This document shows positions 19,633 to 29,661 of a stretch of DNA of 64,000 nucleotides, piece after piece. Within the stretch, counting starts at the first letter, position 1; every line of letters begins with the position of its first letter. The DNA comes from a bacterium (GTDB lineage Bacteria > Hinthialibacterota > Hinthialibacteria > Hinthialibacterales > Hinthialibacteraceae). A program made the translations under genes and the position numbers. The stretch is from the NCBI GenBank assembly GCA_963663405.2, contig CAXXSM010000104.1, positions 1 through 64,000 on the forward strand. The letters are read 5' to 3'. The notes beneath the pieces are model-generated. The model was not told the DNA's origin. It searched no databases and saw nothing but the letters and a program-made list of their open reading frames with translations.

Positions 19633-20619
19633 TCATGAATCCTCATTGCGCAATGTCATATCGGTCGAATGAGTCTCTTTCTCTTCCGGCGGGAAATCCT
19701 TGACGGGGGCGTTGTACATTTCGGAAATCAGTTTCGCCGGTCCAGAGAGGATAAAGGCGGCGGCGCAGGCCAGGATGACGAATTTGATGATCAGAAACGC
19801 CACGCAGAGGATTAACACCATGAAGACGGTGTGCTGGTAGATATTCTTCTTCTCGACCTGCCAGGAAGGAAAATCGGGATAGGGGATCGTGCTGACCATT
19901 AAACAGGAAAGTGCGACAAATAGGATGTGAAAACCCGTTTGAAGAATCGGATGCGCTATCGGAATCGGGTAGCCGAAAAAGTCCAGCGTAAGCGGCAGGA
20001 CCAATTTACCCGCCTCTCTCATCGAACCATCTAATAAGACCAACACCAGCGCCGCGATGAAACAGGCTGGGGCCGGGCACGGTAAACCTACAAAATGCTT
20101 GGGTTTCTCGTTTTGAATGGTTTGCACGTTGAACCGCGCCAGACGCAGCGCTGTACAAAGGGTATAGATTAACACAAGGGAAAGACCGAGTTTGTCGTAC
20201 GCGTGATAGAGAATGGTATGCATCAAGACGGGAGGCGCGACGCCGAATGAGATAACATCGGCCAGCGAATCCAATTGGACGCCGAACGGAGAATCCAATC
20301 CCATGAATCGAGCGACTTTCCCATCGATCATGTCGAAGAACGCCGCGAGCAGGATCAAAATCGCTGACAGTTCGTATTGTCCATCTACGCCCAGCAAAAT
20401 CGCGCTGATTCCACAGGCTACATTCAACGACGTCAACGCGTTTGGAAGCAGGTGAACGAGTTTGATCTCTTTTGGTTTCCGCCGGAAGCGGGGAGGTCTG
20501 AACCGGCGCGTTTTCACGCGCGGTTTGGGATTCTGTGTATCCTGTGATAAAGACGCGTCCGTTTGACTGGTTTCAACGATTTGTACGGAATTTGAACGCT
20601 GGATCATTAGTACCTCCAC
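19633..20619 (-). CDS. pssA: CDP-diacylglycerol--serine O-phosphatidyltransferase
   Basis: LPNALTSLN, DMIDGKVAR...FGVQLDSLADVISFGVAP, ALRLARFN, FVGLPCP, LMVSTIPY. Confidence 0.92.
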   Translation of the reverse strand: MEVLMIQRSNSVQIVETSQTDASLSQDTQNPKPRVKTRRFRPPRFRRKPKEIKLVHLLPNALTSLNVACGISAILLGVDGQYELSAILILLAAFFDMIDGKVARFMGLDSPFGVQLDSLADVISFGVAPPVLMHTILYHAYDKLGLSLVLIYTLCTALRLARFNVQTIQNEKPKHFVGLPCPAPACFIAALVLVLLDGSMREAGKLVLPLTLDFFGYPIPIAHPILQTGFHILFVALSCLMVSTIPYPDFPSWQVEKKNIYQHTVFMVLILCVAFLIIKFVILACAAAFILSGPAKLISEMYNAPVKDFPPEEKETHSTDMTLRNEDS

Positions 20620-20687
20620 GTAACGATTTCCGGTTCGTGATCGATTCGTCCCTCCTTTATCCGTGGTTTTAATCGGCGGTTTTTGAT

Positions 20688-21593
20688 TTATTGCCCATCA
20701 ATCCATTCCCGCAGTAAACGGATATATTCTGGATTTGTTCCACAGCAGCCGCCCACGATTCGCGCGCCCGCTTTGACGATCGCAGGAATTTTTTGAAGCA
20801 TCTCTTCCGGCGTTTGATCATAGATCGTCGAACCGTTCTCGACCCGTGGATTGCCGGCGTTGGGTTGGGCCATAATGGGGAGATCCGTTCCCTCACGCAT
20901 TTGCTGGACGATGGGAACGTATTCATCAAAACTGACCATGCAGTTGGAGGCGGCGACACAAGCGCCCATCGCCTGCATCTCTTTCGCCGCTTCCGCCGCG
21001 CTTTGTCCGAACATGCTCCGGTAGGAATCCCCCGCTTCCTTGAAACACATGGAGGTAATTACCGGTAGATCGCAGACTTCCAGTACAGCTTCACACGCGC
21101 AACGCAGTTCATTCAGATCCATCATGGTTTCGATGATAATCGCGTCGGCTCCCCCCTGGACAAGCCCGTTGACCTGACGGATAAATTCGTTTCGCAACGT
21201 ATCGGGAGAGACGGTTCCATACGGTTCGAGAATCTCGCCGGTTGGGCCGACGTCACCTAACACCAAACATGAATCCCCCGCGGCCGCTTTCGCCACTCTC
21301 GCTCCCGCTTCGTTTAGTTTTTCGGTTCGTCCGTCGAGACCATATGCTTTCAATTTCGGCGGCGAGCCGCCGAATGTATTCGTGATGATGAAATCGCTCC
21401 CCGCGTCTACGTAGCGCCGTTGTATTTCCGTCACGGTTTCCGGTTGGTCCATGTTCCAGAGTTCTCCACAGGTCCCCTGGCTCAATCCCGCTTGTTGAAG
21501 CATGGTTCCCATCCCGCCATCACCAACGAGTAAGGTTTTCTTTTCAAGTAATTGCAAGAATCGGTTTTCGGACATTGTCTTGAATCCATTCAT
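20688..21593 (-). CDS. Stand-alone homocysteine S-methyltransferase domain protein (split MetH-like)
   Basis: DGGMGTML, AGSDFIITNTFG, GDVGPTG, IETM, ASNC, QPNAGNP, zinc ligands GGCCGT. Confidence 0.92.
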   Translation of the reverse strand: MNGFKTMSENRFLQLLEKKTLLVGDGGMGTMLQQAGLSQGTCGELWNMDQPETVTEIQRRYVDAGSDFIITNTFGGSPPKLKAYGLDGRTEKLNEAGARVAKAAAGDSCLVLGDVGPTGEILEPYGTVSPDTLRNEFIRQVNGLVQGGADAIIIETMMDLNELRCACEAVLEVCDLPVITSMCFKEAGDSYRSMFGQSAAEAAKEMQAMGACVAASNCMVSFDEYVPIVQQMREGTDLPIMAQPNAGNPRVENGSTIYDQTPEEMLQKIPAIVKAGARIVGGCCGTNPEYIRLLREWIDGQ

Positions 21594-21793
21594 TTTGCGC
21601 GTTGTTTGTTCTGTGCGTATTGTTTACCGCATTTCAATGCGCTGGAATACTCTTTTTCTTTGTTCCCGTTTGAATACATGTGATCTTATCGCATTATCGT
21701 GACGCGATGAATATTACACAAGAGGAAAGTGGAAAAAACAGGGATTTGAAAGGACGATGAATATATAGGGAAGATGTTGACTTGAATGATGAA

Positions 21794-22453
21794 TCAACCA
21801 CCGATAAGACCTTGCACCGATAAATTTCCACCAAAGTACCCGATATCTCCCGGACTGATCAATCCATTGCTGGGATTATAGACCGAATCCCGCACAGGTC
21901 TTCCCGAAAAACGGTAGAAATCAGGGAATGGATAATCAACTAAATAAGAATCATTTTGATCGGGCCCCACGCTGGATACAGCGAATCCTTCGCGGCGGAG
22001 GTTGGGATTGCTTTGGATGTATGAGAAATTAACGTAGGGAGTATACGTATAGGAATTTTTTACTACGGCCATCATATTTCTTAAATCGGTTCCATCCACT
22101 CCCGGCGGCGCGAAAACCTCATCTTCTGCTGCTAACACTTCTTCGTATTCCGCAACGGGGCCGAAGGGATCGGTGACTTTAACGGGATTGAGATAGGCGA
22201 CGGGACTGGTGAGATCCGGTAGAAGATACTGAGCGAAAAAGAAAAGTTCCTGATTCCGCCGGGGGTAAATATTATGATCGATTCGATAACTGTCGAGCGC
22301 CTGGCCAAGGGCGCGCAGGTCCATCTTTGCTGAGAGCACGCGGCTTTTCATCATGGCGTCCTGGTAATTCGGTACCGCGATCGCGGCCAGCACGCCGAGG
22401 ATAGCGATAACGATTAGCAACTCGATCAAAGTAAATCCGTTTCGATTCATCAT
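21794..22453 (-). CDS. Type IV pilin/GspG-like pseudopilin (prepilin N-terminal cleavage/methylation domain)
   Basis: GFTLIELLIVIAILGVLAAIAVPNY; downstream LTSPVAY..DPF, SVGPD, YNPSNGLISPGDI. Confidence 0.9.
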   Translation of the reverse strand: MMNRNGFTLIELLIVIAILGVLAAIAVPNYQDAMMKSRVLSAKMDLRALGQALDSYRIDHNIYPRRNQELFFFAQYLLPDLTSPVAYLNPVKVTDPFGPVAEYEEVLAAEDEVFAPPGVDGTDLRNMMAVVKNSYTYTPYVNFSYIQSNPNLRREGFAVSSVGPDQNDSYLVDYPFPDFYRFSGRPVRDSVYNPSNGLISPGDIGYFGGNLSVQGLIGG

Positions 22454-23406
22454 GGCGCCTCATTTTTCTTTTCGGGGGCGGCGAGGGAAGGAAAATACGT
22501 CCGGAGTTCTTCTTTGTTCCGCCGTATTTTCAAAGCGGAAATCCACCGGGCGGTCGCCTTGATCCGTTGAGCCTGTTGGGCGATAGGGCAGCTTTGGTGT
22601 TTCAATATACCTTCAAAACCTGGCTTGACCAGCGTTTGCTGGTTCCCGTTCGAGACTTGGACCAAGCCTTCCAGCACCGTAACGACGCTTTGCCCTTGCT
22701 CTACATCCACGGCGAAAGATGTGCCCAAGACAAGCGCTTCCCCTTCGGGCAGGAGCGCCCGGAATTTCCCTTTCCCTTTGGCGATGTTGAAAAACACACG
22801 GCCCCGGTTGATGCGGACGGTTCGCGCGTTTTCGATAACAACGTCGCTTTGCGATCCAATTGATATCTCGGCGCCGCCTTCAAGGTTGAGTATACTTTCC
22901 GCGTCGCGCGCGGTTTGGATCGAAGTTTGTTTTGTAATCTCCGCGCCTTTTTCCAGGTGAACCGGCGCCGCGCCAAACGCGATCACGGCTCCGGAATGAT
23001 AGTCAAAATTACCCACAGTTTGCATCTCGTGATACGAAAACCACAAAGCCGGGAGGAGAACCACTACAAGCAGCGCGCCCAGGGCAAAGCGGGGAATCGA
23101 GAGCGGTCGGTAGAAAATGTTCTTCCACGAGGAGGATTCCAATTGCAGATCCAGCCGGGTGGATTCCGTCAACGCCGCTCTGTGCGATTCGCGAACGGCG
23201 GTTTCGACCAGGCGGTCGTAAAATTTCTCATCCGGTATCCATTCCTCTTCCGGCTGCAGCGCTTCCACCCATCCCTGAATCTTACGCCACTCCTTCCGGC
23301 ATTCTTCGCAGGTATCCAGATGGTTTTGATACGCTTCGGGAATCGCGTCGGATTTGCCGTCAATTGTCAGAGCGAGTAATTCGGAAAGGATCACTTTGCA
23401 TCTCAT
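22450..23406 (-). CDS. Anti-sigma factor: ZAS zinc finger + TM helix + FecR domain
   Basis: HLDTCEEC (HxxxCxxC), TM segment FALGALLVVVLLPALWF, FecR-like GRVFFNI...VLGTSFAV...VTVLEGLVQV. Confidence 0.85.
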   Translation of the reverse strand: MRCKVILSELLALTIDGKSDAIPEAYQNHLDTCEECRKEWRKIQGWVEALQPEEEWIPDEKFYDRLVETAVRESHRAALTESTRLDLQLESSSWKNIFYRPLSIPRFALGALLVVVLLPALWFSYHEMQTVGNFDYHSGAVIAFGAAPVHLEKGAEITKQTSIQTARDAESILNLEGGAEISIGSQSDVVIENARTVRINRGRVFFNIAKGKGKFRALLPEGEALVLGTSFAVDVEQGQSVVTVLEGLVQVSNGNQQTLVKPGFEGILKHQSCPIAQQAQRIKATARWISALKIRRNKEELRTYFPSLAAPEKKNEAP

Positions 23407-23996
23407 AAGAACACCTCGCTCTCTTTTAGCCCTTCCTGACCCGATAGCCGCCGCAGTTGCTTGAGTGCTCTGTGTGTGCGCGTATTGACGGTCGATATGG
23501 GAATATTCAAGAGATCCGCCACCGTTTCACTCGGCAGCCCCTGTATGATCCGCAGGATCAGGATATCTTTTTGTTTTGGTTTCAATCGGTCTATCGCACG
23601 ATGGATTCGCTCCATCGTTTCGAGTCGAACCAACTCCTGACGGGGATTCATTTCCCGCGTTTTTAACTCCACATATGATTCTTCCATAATTTGTTCCAAG
23701 GAAACGATGTCGTGTTTTTTACGCTGATTCAGTTCCTTATAAGCGAGATTCCGGGCGATCTGAAATAGCCAAGGCATCAGTTTTCGTTTAGGATCGAATT
23801 TTTTATGTGCGCGGCACGCTAAAAAAAACGCTTCTTGAGCCAACTCGGACGCCCGGTCGTGGTCTCGCAATAAATGGTTGATAAAATTGACGATATGGGC
23901 AAAATGCTGTCGAGCCGCCGCGTCGTACGCCCAGCGTTCGCCACGGTGAAATCCTTCATTGATCTCTTTTTGCCGCTCTGGATTGGTCGCTTGCAC
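23403..23996 (-). CDS. ECF-type RNA polymerase sigma-70 factor
   Basis: Region 2 ELAQEAF...WLFQIARN; region 4 IDRLKPKQKDILILR...LNIPISTVNTRTHRALKQL. Confidence 0.93.
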   Translation of the reverse strand: MQATNPERQKEINEGFHRGERWAYDAAARQHFAHIVNFINHLLRDHDRASELAQEAFFLACRAHKKFDPKRKLMPWLFQIARNLAYKELNQRKKHDIVSLEQIMEESYVELKTREMNPRQELVRLETMERIHRAIDRLKPKQKDILILRIIQGLPSETVADLLNIPISTVNTRTHRALKQLRRLSGQEGLKESEVFL

Positions 23997-24179
23997 GTTT
24001 CCTTCCGATCATTCCAAATCTTACGTTCCGCCCCTGTCCTCTACGTATCTCCATATCATCGGCATTCTTGAAGGAAACGCAATCCTTTTATCTCCCATTT
24101 ATTTTGAAATCCACTCGTTGAATCTTACTATTATTTATACAACCGCCGAGAGAATCTTTCATTTTATTTATCCTTAGAA

Positions 24180-24222
24180 AAAGAAAACGTTCTACCCATC
24201 TACAAGTAGAACGCTTTTCTTT
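24180..24222 (-). terminator. Intrinsic (possibly bidirectional) terminator after the PqaA-like gene
   Basis: AAAGAAAACGTTCTAC-loop-GTAGAACGCTTTTCTTT inverted repeat, with a U-tract on the minus strand. Confidence 0.65.
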
Positions 24223-24246
24223 GAATGACGTTTAACTGACTATGGA

Positions 24247-25614
24247 TCACTCCAGAACGCCTGTTGAATCTACGACATACATTCGTGTGCATTTAGAGTA
24301 TTCATCACCTAATGGGCTGGGATAAATGGTTTCCGCGTAGAAGGCTTTGTATCCTTGTTTCGGTAGTTCAATATCCGCAATGAATTCCTGTGTACCATTG
24401 TCTTCTAAAAGCTTGCTTGTCCATACCGCTTCCCGGAAATCTCGTATGGGGGATGTGGCGTTCCATAGGTTCACGCTTTTCACATTTTTATCCCCTGTAA
24501 CACGGAATTGGACGTGGCTCTCTTTTTCTGATACCGACCAGTGGATGGACGGATGCTTTGAACCATTCGCCGATAGGGCGAAAAACGCGGCGAGAGCGCG
24601 AACCGCCTGTTTGCCGTCTCCCAAACCGTGACCCACGTTGGGAACGTAGTGAATGTAACTTTCTCCCACAAGATCCTTAAAATACCATTTCACGGCGTCC
24701 ACAGGCCAATAGGGATCGTTGGTACCAATAAAAATCAGTTTCGGCATGGTTAATTTTGACCGGTACGAATAGGGATCGACGATGGCGAGCAGCGGCTGGC
24801 CTTCCGGCTCTTTCATTCGTTTCGGGAGATCGAGTTCGGTATAATCATTAATCTGTTCGCTGTATTCCCCCCATGCTTCCAGCTGATAATCCATCTGAGG
24901 GCTCATGTTGAGAACATCGATCACCATCGGGGCGATGGCGGAAACCCGGCTGTCCGCCGCGCCGGTCAACCATGTGGTCCAACCGCGTTTGGAGCCCCCC
25001 GATACGACAAATTTGTCTATTTTCCGGCCGAATTCTTTCCAGCAGAATTCTTGAATCGTATCCATACCTTTTACCGCGCTTTTTACCATTGGAAGCAGGA
25101 GCGGCCAGCTGTTGTCCTTGGTTTCAAAAAACCGCTGGAAGGTGTAGGCGATCAGCGTATCTTCGGTTTTATCTCCATAGAGAGGCTGATTGGGCACTTG
25201 CCGCAGAACCGCCACCGGCGTTCCACACGCGTTGGCGATCTTTGAAAACATCGCCAAGAGGTCATCATTTTTTCCATCATGCCATTTTGGATTCCCGTTC
25301 TCATTGACACCGCCGGAAATAAAAAGAAGCGCATGTTTGGTATTGGTCCATTGATCCGGGATAACGACGCTTAGCTGATGGGTCCAGGTATACTCTTTCC
25401 AGGTCTGGGAAGTAAGAAGGATTTCGTAAATCTTTTGTTCTTCAATTGTAGTTATTTCTTTGAGCGTCCATTGATACGCAGGCTCTTCCTTTGCGATAAA
25501 TTCAGTCAATATTTCGTCCGCCATTAGCGAATCGCCTCCCACGATTGTATGAATTGATATGAGAAAAATGCTGTAGAGGAGAGAAGGTCTTTGACTCCAT
25601 GCGGAAATTTTCAT
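24247..25614 (-). CDS. PhoPQ-activated pathogenicity-related protein PqaA family (alpha/beta hydrolase), secreted
   Basis: LTSQTW, QVPNQP, EDTLIAYT, WPLLLPMVKSAV, nucleophile elbow GGSKRGWTTW, PNVGH. Confidence 0.9.
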   Translation of the reverse strand: MKISAWSQRPSLLYSIFLISIHTIVGGDSLMADEILTEFIAKEEPAYQWTLKEITTIEEQKIYEILLTSQTWKEYTWTHQLSVVIPDQWTNTKHALLFISGGVNENGNPKWHDGKNDDLLAMFSKIANACGTPVAVLRQVPNQPLYGDKTEDTLIAYTFQRFFETKDNSWPLLLPMVKSAVKGMDTIQEFCWKEFGRKIDKFVVSGGSKRGWTTWLTGAADSRVSAIAPMVIDVLNMSPQMDYQLEAWGEYSEQINDYTELDLPKRMKEPEGQPLLAIVDPYSYRSKLTMPKLIFIGTNDPYWPVDAVKWYFKDLVGESYIHYVPNVGHGLGDGKQAVRALAAFFALSANGSKHPSIHWSVSEKESHVQFRVTGDKNVKSVNLWNATSPIRDFREAVWTSKLLEDNGTQEFIADIELPKQGYKAFYAETIYPSPLGDEYSKCTRMYVVDSTGVLE

Positions 25615-25725
25615 TCATTAATACTCCTTTCTGTAGTATAGAATGCGAAACCGCGTGAATAGACATTCGAAATGAGGATTCTATAATAACCTGCATACAG
25701 TTTGAGAAGTGATTAAAATAGAAAC

Positions 25726-27219
25726 TCACGCGGCTTTCCTGGTTCGTTCCCGCGCGATTCCTTGGATGGGGATGTCCGGTTGTTCGCCGTGGATGGCTTT
25801 GATGATGAATTCGGGTGGATGCCAGATTGAGGGCAGGCCCCGTTTGCCCCGCTTGAGGAGTTCGTTCTTGATCTGGATTAGCCAATCCATGTACATCAAT
25901 TTCAATTTATATGTGGGCAGCCATTTCAGCAGTTTCTTGGAAAACCAGAATAGTTTTGGATAACTGACGAAAAGATGGGCGCATTGTCCGATTCGTTCGA
26001 TAAGTTCCTTGTTTTCAAATTGAATGCTGCCACATAATCCTTCTTGAAATTCGCTGGGAATTTCAGAGAGATCGCCGCTGAAACCATATTCGCGCGCCAA
26101 TTCGCCCAGTTTCGTGCCAGGAAAGGGGGCGAAGAAAGAAAACGTGTTCGTATGGGTCCGGCAGCGAATGTTTAATTCAATCGTAGAAAGCGCTGTTTCG
26201 ATCGTTTCACCCGGCACGCCGAACATGTTCTGACCTACGATGCGAATCCCATGTTCGTAATAGAGATCGCAGGCGCGAAGATATTGCTCGTTGGAGATAT
26301 TTTTAGCGAGTATGGTGCGGCGGATTTCCTCATTCCCGCTTTCGATGCCCATCGCGGCGCGAATACAACCCGCTTCAGCCAGCAACTGGACATCTTCTTC
26401 ATTCGTCAGATCGCTGCGGACATTACAAATGAATGGTAATCCGATTTCGTCTTTATAGCGGGGCAAAAACTCTTGCAGCCAGCGGCGGTTCAGGATGAAG
26501 GTGTCATCTTGAAACGCAATGTAGACGACTTTGAACTGCTCTTTAAGCCAGCGGATTTCAGCGAGTACGTTATCGACGCTTCGATGACGGGTCCAGCGGC
26601 CTTTCTGTATGGTCCGGGAGATGTGATTAAAGCAGTACGAACAGTCGTACGGGCAACCTCGTCCCGCCGCGACGAATCCAGTGCGCGTTCGCCAGACGGA
26701 ATCGAATCCCCGAACCAACTCCCGGTCGGGAAAGGGAAGGTCGTTAAGCCCATTCTTATCAATGAATGGACGGATGGAATTTTTAATAATCGTACCGTTT
26801 TGTTTAAACGCTAGATTCTCGATTCTTGTAAAATCTTTGCCCTCCTCCATCGCATTTGCCAGTTCCAGCATAGGGTATTCGCCTTCACCGATGCAGATCG
26901 CGTCAATCCCTTCTTCTTCGATGGTTTGGGGAAAGAATGTCGGGTGAGGGCCGCCGAAGAGGGAGAAGCATTTGTGTTCATTTTTGATCGCCCGGTTGAT
27001 TTCATAATATCTTTCGGCAAAACTGGTTGCGGCCGAGTACGCCAGCATGTCCGGATTTAATTCTTTGATCGTTTGAACATAATCCGATCCGTCATCGACA
27101 TTAATCGCCGTCACCGTGTGACCCGCCTCTTTCAATAACGCCGAAATATAAGACGCTCCCAGTGGTTGATGACTCAGGATATCCTGGACGAATACAAATG
27201 TTACATGCATACAACTCAC
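25726..27219 (-). CDS. Cobalamin-binding radical SAM protein (class B methyltransferase-like)
   Basis: PLGASYIS, GGPHPT, GEGE (B12-binding domain); RGCPYDCSYC, FQDDTF, GIESG, MFGVPGET, PFPGT. Confidence 0.92.
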   Translation of the reverse strand: MSCMHVTFVFVQDILSHQPLGASYISALLKEAGHTVTAINVDDGSDYVQTIKELNPDMLAYSAATSFAERYYEINRAIKNEHKCFSLFGGPHPTFFPQTIEEEGIDAICIGEGEYPMLELANAMEEGKDFTRIENLAFKQNGTIIKNSIRPFIDKNGLNDLPFPDRELVRGFDSVWRTRTGFVAAGRGCPYDCSYCFNHISRTIQKGRWTRHRSVDNVLAEIRWLKEQFKVVYIAFQDDTFILNRRWLQEFLPRYKDEIGLPFICNVRSDLTNEEDVQLLAEAGCIRAAMGIESGNEEIRRTILAKNISNEQYLRACDLYYEHGIRIVGQNMFGVPGETIETALSTIELNIRCRTHTNTFSFFAPFPGTKLGELAREYGFSGDLSEIPSEFQEGLCGSIQFENKELIERIGQCAHLFVSYPKLFWFSKKLLKWLPTYKLKLMYMDWLIQIKNELLKRGKRGLPSIWHPPEFIIKAIHGEQPDIPIQGIARERTRKAA

Positions 27220-27667
27220 CTCACCAACAACAGCTTTTATCTATTCTCATTCAAATTCTTTCTTTTTATATAGTGTATAAACGGCCGCTCTTTTTATCCA
27301 GTTCAAGATAGCCGTTATAAAAAACATCATGATTGAGATCGCAATCTGCAAATGAAAATGAGTTGCGAAAGAAATCTGGAAGGAGTAAGTCTTAGAAACT
27401 CATTTTCAGATAAACGTTATATACATAATAGCCGGATATCGGATATATTCAGTTATTGTTAATATACTCAAGAGAATCAGCGTAAGTATGAATCGAGACG
27501 CCGAGCTTCGATTCGACATTTTTTTCGATCCAGACGCGGATGGTTGGAAGTCGCGGATCAATGAATGAAGACGAAATAAGGATGATTGCGGGGAGATAGA
27601 AGACTAATCAATCTATGAATTAATAAGTCTTGCCCCTTTCCCTTTTTCTGTTTTCCATTTACATTCT

Positions 27668-29650
27668 TTGGAGGCGGGGTGTTCCGGGGGCTGCCTGAAC
27701 AAGCTGAATTTGTGGAATCGGTTTGTTGTTTGGATTCTTTTATCTCAAAAAAAATTTCAAAGAACTTTGGCGCGACTAATCTTTTTATTTCTTTTTACTT
27801 GGGCGGTCACCCTTGGAAGCGAGGGGTGGGGATGTTGTTTCCTGTGGCTTTTCCGTTTGGAGCGGCCCCGGAGTTTCTCCATCACTACATGCGGTCTTGG
27901 ATTGGTCTGGCTCACACTGATATTAATCCTGGCTGGATTGTTACATTGTTATAACACCGCCACGATGTGGGGAATCTTTTTCGTCTGGATCGTGGCCGCA
28001 GGTGTCCGGTCGGCGCTTCTTTATCTCCATTGTCCTCCCAGCGAATCGTTCCTGAAAAAAGAGGTGGAATGGCTGTTTTTAATTTTCCGGCTGTATCTGG
28101 TTGTCATGTTGCTCCTCTGTTTTTCTACCGTAATGACTCCGGAAACCCGCCATGATCCATATGACTATCATCTAACGATCCCAGCGTTGTATCTTGCCCA
28201 GGAAAGCATCGTCGAAATTCCCTGGCACGTGTTTACCTATATGCCGAAGAATGGGGAGATTCTGTATGGGCTCGCCTTGGGAATTGACAACGATTCATTC
28301 GCCAAATTGATTCACTATCTTTTTGGTTTATTTTGTGTTTTTACCCTCTATTCATTTGGTTTGCGAATTGGCGGAAAACTGATGGGATTCTTGATGGCGG
28401 TTTTGGTTGTGACACTGCCGCTTTTTGGATTCCTCGCCACATCGGCTTATGTGGATTTGATCCGTGCATTTTGGGAATTACTGGCTTATTACTGCTTGTG
28501 GTGTTGCTGGGAGAACCGGGAGCAGGTCTCCGAAACCCGGAAATGGATTCTTTTTTCCTGCTTATTCGCAGGGATGGCGCTGGGGACAAAATACGTTTCC
28601 TGGTTTGTGTTCTATCCACCTTATGGGATTTGTCTGCTGTTCACGCTGTTTCTCGTTCGGTTAGGAAACCGATTAACGTTGATTCCTTTTATGGTTTTAT
28701 TAACGTCATTTCCAGTAATTCCCTGGCTGACGTTGAACGCAGTATGGACAGGAAATCCTATTTATCCATTGCTCCCTTCCGTTTTTGGGATGCATATTCC
28801 TCCGGCGCGGGAAGCGTATGAATTCTTTCTTCGCCATACTCCTTCAGCCGATCTAAGCGGTATTAGAAATTGCCTTGTGTATTTAATAACCCGGTGTAAA
28901 CGATTGATTCTAGATGGCAACGCGGTAGCGTTGGTCGGCTTGGCTGGTTTGGTGGCTCTTCCCTGGTTTCGAACTACGAATATAGGGCGGCGCTTTTCAC
29001 GGCCCGTTTGTATCGGGCTTGCGGTTTCGATCAGCCTTTCGCTGGGATTGTTCGCATTAGGAACTGATAATGACGATGGCCGGTTCTGTTTTAGCGCGCT
29101 TTGTCTTTTAGTGATTCCAACCACCGCTCTTCTGCTGCTGCTGGATTGGAGAATGAAAGATCGCTCTCCACTTGGCCCGTACATCCTTCCGTTTTTGATC
29201 ACAGTTTTCTTTGTTAATGGACTCTCCTACCGGTATGCGCAGTTGGATTCACTGCGAGAAACACTTGTTCCCATTTTGAGTGATCATCAGAGAGATGATT
29301 GGCTGCGGCATCGTTTCCCCGGATATCCTGTTATTCAATGGGCCAATGAAAATCTTCCACCGGACGCGTTTGTCCTTGGACTTGGTTACCCGCTCCGGCG
29401 CAATCATATTTCTGGGATCAAATTTGGGTACATTCCTTTTCTTGAATCGATTGACGCTCCTCTCCCGCCGGAAAAACTCGCCCAGATACTTCTTAAAAAC
29501 GGAGTAACTCATATCGCTAAACCGTATTTAAAAGTATCAGATACAGTAGATTTTTCTCAGCTGGAAGAAAACTGGTTGACACCGGTATTCAACTACCGCG
29601 AAACGACAGTGTATATCCTGCGTAAAGCCCCAGTGAAGCGTCCCTCATAA
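27668..29650 (+). CDS. Polytopic membrane glycosyltransferase, GT-C fold (ArnT/PMT-like); start uncertain
   Basis: About 13 hydrophobic helices; HDPYDYHL loop, SAYVDL, GMALGTKY, WTGNPIYP motifs typical of GT-C enzymes. Confidence 0.72.
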   Translation: MEAGCSGGCLNKLNLWNRFVVWILLSQKKFQRTLARLIFLFLFTWAVTLGSEGWGCCFLWLFRLERPRSFSITTCGLGLVWLTLILILAGLLHCYNTATMWGIFFVWIVAAGVRSALLYLHCPPSESFLKKEVEWLFLIFRLYLVVMLLLCFSTVMTPETRHDPYDYHLTIPALYLAQESIVEIPWHVFTYMPKNGEILYGLALGIDNDSFAKLIHYLFGLFCVFTLYSFGLRIGGKLMGFLMAVLVVTLPLFGFLATSAYVDLIRAFWELLAYYCLWCCWENREQVSETRKWILFSCLFAGMALGTKYVSWFVFYPPYGICLLFTLFLVRLGNRLTLIPFMVLLTSFPVIPWLTLNAVWTGNPIYPLLPSVFGMHIPPAREAYEFFLRHTPSADLSGIRNCLVYLITRCKRLILDGNAVALVGLAGLVALPWFRTTNIGRRFSRPVCIGLAVSISLSLGLFALGTDNDDGRFCFSALCLLVIPTTALLLLLDWRMKDRSPLGPYILPFLITVFFVNGLSYRYAQLDSLRETLVPILSDHQRDDWLRHRFPGYPVIQWANENLPPDAFVLGLGYPLRRNHISGIKFGYIPFLESIDAPLPPEKLAQILLKNGVTHIAKPYLKVSDTVDFSQLEENWLTPVFNYRETTVYILRKAPVKRPS

Positions 29651-29661
29651 CGGTTTTTTTC

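Noticed and set aside
21594-21793. SAM or cobalamin riboswitch upstream of the homocysteine methyltransferase
   Set aside because: No recognisable S-box or B12-box motifs.
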